This document shows, piece after piece, positions 39,201-51,794 of a DNA stretch of 64,000 bases. Under the pieces are notes generated by a model. The model did not search any database. It saw only the letters and a program-made list of their open reading frames with translations, and was not told the DNA's origin. The DNA lies in NCBI RefSeq assembly GCF_006345805.1, contig NC_043016.1, positions 27,342,001-27,406,000 of the forward strand. The letters are read 5' to 3'. The position numbers and the translations under genes were made by a program. Positions within the stretch are counted from its first letter, which is position 1. Each line of letters starts with the position of its first letter. Source of the stretch: Octopus sinensis (lineage: Eukaryota).

Positions 39201-42200
39201 GTTGAGAGAGAAACTTGTGGAAAATCTTTGTTAACAAAAGGGTCACTATTGCATACACCAAGTAAAGTATCTCTGAGAACTGCAAGCCTTTGTACTGATG
39301 TACAGTCTTGTAAACATCACTTAGTGATGGAAGAATTGTCACAGCTTTCTCATGGTAAATCAAGTACATTTAAAGGATCAAAAAGAGTTAGTGCTGAGAG
39401 AGAATCTTGCAGAAAATCTTTGTTAATGAAAGGGTCTCCATCACATAAACCAAGTAAGACGTCTTCAAGAACGTCAAGCCTTAGCCGTGAATTACAATCG
39501 TCGTGTAAAAAACATTCATCTTCAGAGGGATCCCTAGCATATAAAGCACATAAATGTAAGAGTATTGCTGGTGATAATCTTAAAATGCAACCATGTACGA
39601 AACACATGTTGAGAGAAAAGCCACTACGAAAATCTAGTAAATTAACTGAGAAAGCCACAAGACTTGATCTTAAAACAGAATCATGTAGCAAACATATAAT
39701 GCCAAGAGAAGCACCAGTGCGAAAATCAAGTAAACTAACTGAGAAACCTACAGGACTTGATCTTAAAGCACAGATGTGTAGGAAGTTTGCAGTAACAAAG
39801 GAATGTGAGTCATTACCAGTTAAGGCGTCAAAGAGAATAGCTAGTCTTAATGCTCAAGCAATAATGGATCTTTGCCAAGAAACTCGGCAGTCAAGACGAG
39901 ACTTGAACCAAGATAGTCATCGTTCTGCGAGAACTCATTACATATTTAATCCAAGACGGCAATCCTGTCGGTGGGTGAATGGTCTTGGGATGATTTTGAT
40001 GAATAATATGGCAGACGGTGAGGATTTAAGTAATGAAGATGAGGATATATTGAGCCAGAAGATGTTGAGTAGCTGCTCAATGACAGGGCTTGGTGTGAGT
40101 GCCGATGCAACAAAAATAGTCTGTTCGGCCAGTGGTACTAATAGCAACACTATCTGCAGTGGTGTGAAGAACAACAGCAAGAAATTGGCTGCCGCTACAA
40201 AAAATAATAATAACAATAATAATAATAATATTTCTAGAGATGTTGACATGCGAGTGCTCAGTGATATCTCACCCTCTGATGACTGCAGTGTTGATATGCA
40301 AATAAAGAAGCAAAACAGCAGCAGCAGTAGCAATAACAGTAGTAGTGGCACCACCACATGCGACACAGCAACACTGACGACAAAAAACAAAAATTTGAAT
40401 TCAAATTCAGCATCATCACTATCTTCATCATCCTCATCAAAATTTTCAAATGTTAATAACATCGTATCGCATCCTAAAACCACTCCGTCGACAGATTCTA
40501 CAAAAACTACTCACCCTAGTTGTTCTTCACTTCCGTGTATGCTTGGAGCAACGGGAGCTGGGAGGGATAATTCTACTCACAGTCAGTGCCAAGCATTCAC
40601 CTTAACAGGGATTGGAAGTATTACAAATTTCACCAATGTTCCTTATCATCCTCAGACTTATGGAAGAGGGCAATTTTCTGTTCCTTGCAGTCATTATGGT
40701 GAGTTAATGTTTCATTTCTTCATTATGATATGTAATAATAAATTTTTGGACTTTGTAACTCTCTACCAACAAAATATGCAAATATATATACATATATATC
40801 TATGTATGCATACAGAAGAATTTAAGATGGGCTGCCCCTGGGAGCTCGTCTATGCTGATGACATTGTTCTTATAGCTGAATCACTACTAGAACTAGACAA
40901 GATTTCAGGTATGGAAATAAGGCTAGAATCAAAGGGTCTTAGAGTTAATCTAGCAAAAATCAAAGTCTTAGTAAGTAGGAAGGTAGACAAATTACAAATG
41001 CCTTCAAGCATGATATATTACCAACAGTCTCGGTCACCCATCATTACATCTGTGAGGCCCCAGAACTAAAAGGTGCTTTTTACATGCCACTGGCATGGGT
41101 ACCAGTTATGTGGCACTGCTCAATCTGTAGAAAAGGCATAGGTAGAAACGCCATGAGATGTAACCAGTGTAAGCTATGGACACATAAGAGGTGCAGCAAT
41201 ATCAGAGGAAGGTTAACGGGGAAAATAGTTTGTGTGTAGGTGCACAGGTACAATTAACACTAAAAATGTACAGAAAATAGACTCCATCAAAATGCCAGGG
41301 GGAAAAACTTGTAGTAGTTGATAGCTTCCATTACCTAGGTGACCAAGTCAGTAGTGGAGGTGGATGCTCCAAGAGCATAGCTGCTAGAATAAGAATTAGG
41401 CTGGGCAAAGTTCAGAGAGCACCTACCTCTGTTGGTAACAAAGGTCCTCTCCTTCAGAGTTAAAGGCAGATTGTATGATGCCTATGTGTGAACAGCCATG
41501 TGACATCACAGTGAAACATGGGCTGTGACTGCTGAGGACATGTAAAAGCTTAAAAGAAATGAAGCTAGTATACTTTGCTGGATGTGCAATGTCAGTATGT
41601 ATGCACGACAGAGTGTAAGCGTCTTGAGGGAAAAGTTGGATATAAGAGACATCAGGTAGAAGTGCCAACCTCTAATAGTGGAGAGAGCTTGTGGAAGATG
41701 TAGACCTAGGAAAACGTGGGACGGTGTGGTAAAGCATGATCTTCAAACGTTGGGCCACACAGAGGCAATAACAAGTGACCAAGACTGTTGGCGATATGCC
41801 ATGCTTGAGAAGACACGTCAAGCCAAGTGAAATCATAGCCATGGCTGATCCCAGTGTTGTGTAACTGGCATCTGTGACAGTGGCATGTAAAAAGTACCTT
41901 TTGGATATTGGGCAATATGCTGTGCTTCAGAAAACCCATCAAGCTAAGTGAAATCATATTCATGGCCAATGCCAGTGTCACATAATCGGCACCTGTGTCA
42001 CATAAAAAGCACCCTTCAACTATAGGCCGCACGTAAGCAGTGACAAGTGACTCAGACTGTTGGCAGTATACCATGCTTGAGAAGACTGGTCAAGGCAAGT
42101 GAGATCATAGTCATGGCCAATGCTGGTGTTTCAAAACAGGCATGTAAAAAGCACCCACTACACTCTTGGAGTGGTTGGTGTTAGGAAGGGCATCAAGTTG

Positions 42201-45200
42201 TAGAAACCATGCCATATCAGACTGGATCCTGATGCAGCTCTCCAGCTTACCAGTTTTCAGTCAAACCATCCAACCCTTGTCGGCATAGAAAATGGACATT
42301 AAATGATGATGATGGTGTATATATACATATATGTATGTATATATACACACATATTTGCGTGTGTGTGTGTATATATATATATATGATCCAATTCACTTAT
42401 ACCCACTTCACTGTACATTGAAGATATGCCCCAATAAATCTTCACTTTCATCTTTTTTCTTCTGACTTGACAATATTTGTTTCTATTTTACTTTAATCTC
42501 TCATCAACTACCATGAAGCTACCTGCCCCAATATTAAACCTCCTCTCAGTTGATGAGTTTTCATCATACAAGATGAAAACCTATCAACTGAAAGGGGGTT
42601 TAGTATTGAGGCAGGTAGTTTTGTGGTAGTTGGTGAGAGATTAAAATAAAATGTTTTTGTGTGTGTGAGTAGGAGTCCACTAGGGTTCATTTCAGTCCTC
42701 CAAGTTATAACTGAGGAATTCAAGACTGGCTGCCCTTGGGAGCTCCTCTATGCCAATGACTTTGCTCTTATTGCTTAATCACTAGCAGAACCAGAGAAGA
42801 AATTTCAGGTATGGAAGTGCAGACTGGATGCAATGAGTTAATTAGAGTTAATTTTTCAAAGACCAAAGTATTAATAGAAAACAAGCAAATTACAGATCCT
42901 TTCATGGAGATGGCTCTGCTTGATATGTAGAAAAGGTGATGGGAGAAACTCCATAAGGTGTGACCCAGTGCAAGCTATGGACACATAAGAGATGCAGTGA
43001 TATCACCAGAAGACTAACAGAGAATGTAGTCTTTAGATATGGCAGATGTGCAAAATAGAGACTCTGTCAAATGTCAGGGGATATCCTTAGAAGTGGTAGA
43101 CAGTTTCCGTTACTTAGGTGAACAAGTTAATAGTGGAGGAGGTTATTCTGAAAGCACAGTTGCTAAAATAAGAATAAGCTTGGCGAAGTTCTTAATTAGA
43201 TGGATTTTAGGCAATGTGCAACTGGTCCTAGCAGTAGTTCTTTCCATTTGAGAAGAACCAAATCATCTCCAGCTCAATAGGTTGCCTCAGCTTGTTCAGG
43301 TGCTTCTATGGCTTTGTGAAGCAGTTCTCTGTGGTTGTCCTTTGGCTGTCAGAATTTCTCCCTTGCACCTCTTGTATGAGTGGGAGCAAAGGTTCTCATT
43401 CAGGCTCAGCTTCAAGAGGGTGACTCCAACACACATCCATCTTGCCAAAACCCAGATTCCCTTGCTCAGATCTTCCATCGTCTTTAATAAATTCTTTGAT
43501 ATTTTCAAAATTAATTGAAAAAAACAAAAAGTACCATTGTGTTTATTTTGGTACCAAACAACTTTACACAAACCCTAGTTCTATGATACAAACTATGTTT
43601 TAATGTATTAATTTATGTTTTAAACACCAGATTAATTCCTGACAGTTTATAAATTCTTTATAATTTTCAAAAATTGATTGAAAAAATCTGTATTGTATTT
43701 CATCCAAAATATGGTAACAAAAGAATAAAACCCTTTTCATAGCAATCCAACTGAGGACCACCTTTGGTTCTATGACATAAAAGGCAGTGTATTTCAGAAG
43801 AAATATACTAACAAAAGGGTCAAATGAGCATCATATTTCAAAGTCTATTTTTGTAATTAAATATGTTTTTATTTTTCACTGCAGGTTATTATCCAAATGG
43901 GAATTACTGCTCTCATCCTACGCCAATGGTTCCACAGTTGTCAGAACCTTGTGTTCTTAGTCACTCTTTACCAATTCATGTGCCACATGCAGAGGTTAAG
44001 GTGCTTATACACAATCCAATCCCAACACAACCCTTGTACAACATCCAACCAATGATGCAACGATGACAACTGCCGCTGTGAGCAACAACAGTTCTTCTGT
44101 GCAACCACAAAAAGTGCCATCACAGCAACAACGGCGAGGACGCAATGTTGGTGGAGGCACAAAGAAGAAGACATCAAGACTATCGTTGATGCGGTCACCT
44201 ATATCTAAAAGCAAAACTAAAAGTGTTGGTGTAAGACTTGGTGTTGAGAAGAATGAAGGGAAGGATCTCAGAAAATCTGAGACAAAGAAGAAGACCAAAA
44301 TTAATAATAATAATAATAACAATAACAACAACAACAATAATAATAATAACAACAACAACAACAGCAACAACAACAATAATAACAACAATAACAATAATGA
44401 TAAAAATAATAATAATAATAATAATAAGAGAAGCCAGAAAATTTTGAAAAAGGCTGCACCAATGAAAGACAATCTTAAGAAAATAAATCTCTGTGGTTGT
44501 GATATAAAAGAGATTTCCTTGGATAAGAGCGAAAGGTGTTTGATGGTTTCCAAAAGAAAGAAGACTTATTGTGGGTGGTCATGGGAAGGTGTGCCGGAAA
44601 TGAAAGCAATACTTAACGTGGTGAGATTGTTTGCATTTAATTTTTTCCTTTCACATCTTTTGTCTTTTACTCGTTTCAGTCATTGGACTGAAAGGTACCA
44701 CCTTGATTGCTTCAGTTGAACAAATTGCCCTCTGTACTTATGTTATTGCTTTTAAGTCTAGTACTTAATCCATAAGTTGCTATTACAGAACCACTAGACT
44801 ACAAGGATGTAAATAAACCAAAATCAGTTCAGCAGTGTGTGAGAACAAGTACATACTTACACATATGGTAAAATAGAAAAAGAAAGGATACAGTAAATTT
44901 GCTGTAGGGAGTGGAAAATCCAGTGTTTTGGACAGGGATCTTCTTCAGTGAAAAGTGGAAGGAAAGAAATGCAAGTCTTGCCAACACAGACAAACAGCAT
45001 AACCTTTGGATTCTGTCTTATTTTACATATTTGTTTGCATGTGTGTGTGTGTAAGTCATCTAAAAGTCCGTAAGTCAGGAAAAAATGCACTTGTATATCT
45101 GTCAATAGGGTAGGTATATTATCTGAAGTGTACGGTATTATATATCCATTACGGCCGATCTTACAAATCAGTTTCGTGCTAGGGATTCAACAGTGTTATG

Positions 45201-45906
45201 TAACAATCCATTTATGTGACTCTACATTCATCAGAGGTAGCCGTTATGGAATAAAATATGGCAGCTGCTCTCTATTGTTGAAGGTGAATAGACACCACAG
45301 GTTTGCATAATCGGTTTGTGACTTAACACTGTACACTTTGGATATATATATATATATATAAATATTATATTTTCTTTATTTGTGAATTAAGGCTACCATT
45401 GGTTTCATGTTAAGAAAAGTAAGAAAATATCCTAGTGTCTTAATTTTTCAAGCTGATTACATGGAGAAAGATGTTCGCCTCCATTTTGGAAAACAGTCTC
45501 CCATTTTCTTATCAGTATGTGTTCCAGGGAGGAGGTGAAAACACTTTTAAACTGCTCACTGAGCACTTCACTTATCCTTTTTGGGTCAGTCAGCCATTAT
45601 CTTGGAACAACAGTCCTATCTTGTTTTGTACTATGGCTTTTTTTTTCTTTTTTTTTTTTGCAAATTTATCGAAAGCTTTCGGGGTTTGTTTTTATATTTT
45701 CCACAGCTCTGTTCTTTCTCCCTGCTCATTTCTTTCCATAGAGTTTGATATTGTGTTCGATTTCCAGGGGAGTCCATCTTAAATTAGACGTCTCCCTACT
45801 CTTGAGTTGTCTATGCAACCAGTTTGAGACCTTTGATCTGTATCTCATAAGGATGTTTCCTGTCTCTAGAGATTTTGCTTGTAGCTATGCTGGCCTTTCT
45901 TTCAGG

Positions 45907-45982
<76 letters not shown>

Positions 45983-46370
45983 CATACATACATACATACA
46001 TACATACATACATACATACATGTATATTTTCATATGCATATGCAACACCAGCACCTGCATGCCTGCAAGACAAGGATTTCTTGGCTGGGAGATGGAGCTG
46101 GAGTTGTGGGGCATGGCTGTAAAGGACATGCCTATATGTATGAATGGCCACAATTTTACTTGGCTTTACTGTCTTCCCATGCACAGCAAATCACCAGAAG
46201 TCTCAGTCCCTTGTCACCCACTCTGTGAAGCCCAACCTCTGAAGATCCTTTCTCACCACTTCATCCCATGTCTCCCTGAGTGTACTCCTTCCACAATTTC
46301 CCTCTAGAATTAGACATCAGCACTTATGCAAGATCTGCATAAACACATATACAAATGCATCTATATATGC

Positions 46371-46402
<32 letters not shown>

Positions 46403-49400
46403 CATCATCATCTAGCGTCCGCTTTCCATGCTAGCATGGGTTGGACGGTTCAACTGGGGTTTGTGAAGCCAGAAGGCCGCATCAGGCCCAGTCTGATCTG
46501 GCAGTGTTTCTACGGCTGGATGCCCTTCCTACGCCAACCACTCCGTGAGTGTAGTGGGTGCTTTTTACATATATAAATGTACATGTAAGTGTAAATGTAT
46601 ATATAATGGACTCTCCCATTGAAGACAACGTGTGAGTATTTAGCTTTTTTGCCAAACAACCTGCAAATATGATTTGCTTATAGTGATCAAATATGTACTG
46701 TACATTAGTTCACTCTCTCCATCAAATTGATGTTACCTGAAAAGGTGCACAGTTTGCCATTTGTCAGGTGTTGAAGTGATCACAGAGCAATGTGAGATGA
46801 AGTGTTTTGCTGAAGAACACAACAAACCACCTGGTCTAGGAATTAAACCGTTGTCTCACCCTGACCACCAGGCCATGTTTCCTCACACACGCACACATAT
46901 AATGAAAATAAATAAAACAAAAGAATAGAGATAAATTAATCCAGGCAAATATTTTTTCGAGTAGTCTTTAGTGACGGTTCTTGGTTAACTAGACTGATGA
47001 GTGATAATCATTGTGTAGTTTATAATCCAGCTATTACTATTGTACACATTTGATTAGTAAATCCAAATTTTGTTTTTGACAATTTCAGAGTATAGTATAA
47101 AAGATTGACCAATTTGTTCTTTCATAGTAATGCCTTTTCCTATGAACATTAGTATAAGCAACTTAGCTGACCTAAATAATATAGTTTGGTACTACCTGGA
47201 ATTTATTCATCTTATCCATTTTTATCTAATTTAGTCTGGGTCAGTAAAAGGTTTGACTATGCCTGAAGGTCTTGCAGTACCATGTTCTTATACCACTTCA
47301 ACCTTATTTGATTTACTTTTTATATTGATTATACTTCCCTTCACCCATTGATAGCTTTGGACAGCATTAGGCTGTTTACTACTATAGAAACTCTTACAGT
47401 ATCAAATTTTAATACTACTTCAACCTTTTTAATTTAACTTTTATAATCGATGTTTTTCCGGTCTATGTGATACTGTAGTTATGGATTGATTTAACCCTCT
47501 TGGGACACCCAAACCAATTGATCAGCCCAAGTGATACAAGCTGAAAGGATTTTGAGTTCAATCCATTGGCCCAATAGAACAAATGTTGTGAATGGTTGGT
47601 TTTGGAGTGTAATAGCTAATTAGAGGTAGATGTATCTCAATAGAAAAAAACTTTGATCTTTTTGGCTACACATACCAAAACACCATGTGTCTCAAAAGGT
47701 TAAGTGCAGAATTAACCCAACACTAACTCATCTGAAACATGCATAGACAAATTATGGATCATAAATTATGAAGTAAAAATATATAATTCTTCATTCTTTT
47801 TGTGTTGGAGCTTGCTTCCCAACCACATGGTTCCGGGTCAGTACCACTGTGTGGTACCTTGGGCAAGTGTCTTCTAATATAGCCTCAGGCCAACCAAAGT
47901 CTTGTGAGTGGATTTGGTAGACAGAGCCTGTGTCTTTGTGTCTGTTTGTCCCATCATACCACTGGACAACTGGTGCTGGTGTATTTATGTCCCTATAATT
48001 TAGCAGTTTGGCAAAAGCAACCTATTGAATAAGTACCATGCCTTAAAAAAAAGTAAGTACTGGGGTCTAGGCATTCAACTAAAAATTCTTCAAGGCAAAG
48101 CCCCAGCATGGCCACAGTCTAATGACTAAACAAGTAAAAGATAAAAGATAAAATATATATTCACACATACACACAAGTATTTATGTGTGATTGTATGTGT
48201 ATATTTTATCTTTTACTTGTTTCAGTCATATAAAATTATATGTTTTGTTACATCATCCTATATAGGTCATTTAATACTTGATATTTTGAGAAAGAATTCA
48301 TTTCATGGAATGGAATATAAGATAGAAAATCTATCCAAAATTTCAGAAAAAATGTGTATTTATTGGCAGGCTATTCTGCTCTGCTCTACTAAAATGTGTG
48401 GCTTTATTGCTGCCTTCCTTTTGTTCAAAATGTTGGTACATTTTGAATTAAACAAGATTTCTTTTTGTAATTTATGGACAGTGATGAAAATAATATTGTA
48501 CCATCCTAAATGGGTCATTTAATATTTCAGGAAATGCTTCTCTTTATCAAATATAAGGTAGAAAATCATGTAAGAATTCAGAAGAAAAAAAAGATTTATT
48601 TGTCTAATTTATGCTCTCTTTCTCTTTTGCTCATTTTTCAGACTGTTGATGCTCCACCGGTTGAGCGTAAATGCTACCCGGCCATCAAACATGATGATGG
48701 AGATATTATTCGCGTTAGAGATTGTGTTCTGTTGAAGTCTGGGCCTCGCAAGAAAGATGTACCATTCACAGCAAAAGTAATGGCCTTCTGGGAAAACCCA
48801 CCTGATGGTAAGTGCTGTGTTTTGTGTGTATCTAGGTGGTAGATTTTTTTCTTTTTAGCTTTGAAATATCACAAAATACATGAAAATAGTCTCTTCCACT
48901 TTCTCTTCTTCATCATTTAACATCTATTTTCCATGCTGGCATGGGTTGGATGGTTTGACTGGAACTGGTATGGGCCAAGGGCTGTACCAGGTTCTATTGT
49001 CTTTGGTGGCGTGGGTGTTTTTAACATGGTACCAACACCAGTATCAATTATGGCAGATGAGTCTTCTTTAGTACAGCAATATGCCAGATATCTTGGTCCT
49101 TAGTCATCTTCTTCACTAAACTCAGTGTTTCGAGATTGGCCTTCAATGCTTTGTCTCATGTCTTCCTGGGTCTCTTCTTTTCCGCCTTTTTTCCTTCTTT
49201 CATCCCCTCTTCTTCATCCTTCTCTTTTTCTTCTGTTCCTCCTCTCCATTTTCATGCTTCTTCCTCATTCTCTGCTCTCATCTTCCTCACTTTTGTTCAT
49301 TGCATCTACCCTTCCTTTCATGCCAGCCACTCCAACATGGCTTCCTCAGTCTCTGTGTTTAGCTTTGGCACATCTTTGACAAAGTATTGTCCATCTCTGC

Positions 49401-51755
49401 TTATGATGTCAATGTGGGCACAGGCATGGGTAGTGAGGCTATAGGTGCAGATATGGCTGTGTGGTTAAAAATTTGTTTTCCAATCATGTGATCTTGGGTT
49501 CAGTCCTGTTGCATGATACCTTGGGCGAGTGTCTTCTATTGCAGCCAAAGCTGCAGTAGACCAAAGTTTTGACCAAAGCTGACCAAAGTTTTGCAAGTGG
49601 ATTTAGTAGATAGAGACTGAGAGAAGCCTGTTGAATGTGTGTGTGTGTGTGTATGTTTATACAGAGTGTCTGTAAAGTCTGGACACATAGGCAAAATGTA
49701 TATTTTCAAGAAATACTAATAAAAATGTCCAACATTTTATTCAATTGGAATATTAACAAATAACATATTTGCAATATGGTTTCCTCCATTTGTAATGCAA
49801 AGGTCAATGCACTTTGCAAGATTTACATGAACCCAATACAATAACTCCACACTACCATCAATTTCAGTACAAAGCTATATTTAATCTGTGGAGGTAAAAA
49901 ATATATAAAGATAAAATATATATTTAAAAAATATAGTTAATTGAGTCAAGTACATCAACATCAAAAATCAATGGAAATTGTAGTTGTGATCCCTGTGCCG
50001 ATGGCACGTAAAAAGCACCCACTACACTCATGGAGTGGTTGGCGTTAGGAAGGGCATCCAGCTGTAGAAACATTGCCAGATCAAACTGGGCCTGGTGCAG
50101 CCTTCTGGCTTCCCAGACCCCGGTCGAACTGTCCAACCCATGCTAGCATGGAAAACTGACGTTAAACGATGATGATGATGAGATTTCCTATGTGTCCAGA
50201 CTTTGGGGACACCCTGTATATGTTGTGTGTGTGTGAGTTAATAAAGGAAATAATTAAAATGACATGGAGCAGCATTGGTGTCATCCGAATCTTCCAACCC
50301 TGCACTGGCTGTGTCTTTGTATACTGGCACTCCGTCTGTTACGGTGACGAGGGTTCCAGTTGATCCGGTGAACAGAACAGCTTGCTCGTGAAATTAGTGT
50401 GGAAGTGACTGAGCACTCCACAGACATGCATACCAATAACATAGTCTCAGAGAGATTCAGCGCAACACAGAATGTGACTAGGCTGACTCTTTAAAATACA
50501 AGTGCCTCCAATTTTTGCTAGCTGAATGTACTGGAACAACATGAAATAAAATGTCTTACTCAAGACATAAAGCACTGCTGAGAATCGAACTCACACTCTT
50601 TTGATTGGGAGCGGAATACCTTAACTACTAAGTCACGCCTAGTGATGTTGTACAAAGCTGGCAGGCTGTGTTTTTGAGACTTTCACTACAGCTTATGGCA
50701 CTATGAAAGGTAATTTGTACACAACCTGCCAGCTTTTCACAGCATGATTGACTGATTTTCTGTGTGACATTTCGTGCTTGACTTCCCACAGCTTATGATC
50801 TGCAGTACAATGAAATCACGTGATACAGTAGTGCCATTTGCTTGTGCTGATTAAATTTAGTCAACCAATGTAGAATTTTGTTGCTTTTTAGCATTTGTTT
50901 TCTTCATGAAATGATTTTTTGGTTGTTTACAACATTATAAATAACACATCCAGGTTTTATTTACACACACACACACACACACACTAGCTGAGTATCCCAT
51001 CATTGCTGGGCAGTTTTCATAATAGAATGCCTTTGTGGACTTTTGGAATAGCATGCCCACATAAACTGGATTTTCTGTTTTGGACAGAGATTTTTCAAAT
51101 TTTATTTTTAACCACACTCATGCAAATGATACGGAGTGGTGGGGGGGGGTCTTTAACTGAAGACATGTCATTGATTGGTTAAAATTACCCAAATACGACA
51201 ACTTTAACACAAAATAACTTCTAAAATACAAAATTTTGTCAAAAACGTTAAGAGTAAACTCTATGTGATACATAGTATCCGAAGTTTCAAAGTGTTTAGT
51301 TAAAAAAAAAAATTAATTAAAAAATCTATGCTTGAGATGGAAATGGTCCAAGATTTCTTAACAGAAATTTAGTAGTAGGCTCAGACATGGTTATGTTGTT
51401 AAGAAGCTTATTTTGGAACCACGTGGTTTCAGATTCAGTACCACTGTGCGGCACCTTTGGCAAGCATCTGCTTCCATAACACCCACCTGACCAATGCCAT
51501 TTGAATGAATTTGGTAGATGGAAACCGTGTGGAAGCCTATTGTATGTTTGTACTGTATATTATATATATGTATATGTGTATGTCTCTCCACTGTTTGACA
51601 TCCATTTAAAAGTTCAGCAAAAGAGATTGATAGAATAAATACTAGATTTAAAAAATAAGCAATGGGATTGATTTGGCTCAATCCTCCAAGGCAGTGATCC
51701 AGCATGGCAACAGTCCAATGACTGATGTAACTAAAACATATAAAGTGTGTGTGTG

Positions 51756-51794
<39 letters not shown>

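Noticed and set aside
44005-44553. 182-aa minus-strand ORF with a long poly-Leu hydrophobic stretch
   Set aside because: Antisense shadow of the coding (AAY)n poly-Asn tract.
50570-50640. tRNA-like A-box and B-box sequence as a tRNA gene
   Set aside because: No complete cloverleaf; it is the head of a dispersed SINE.
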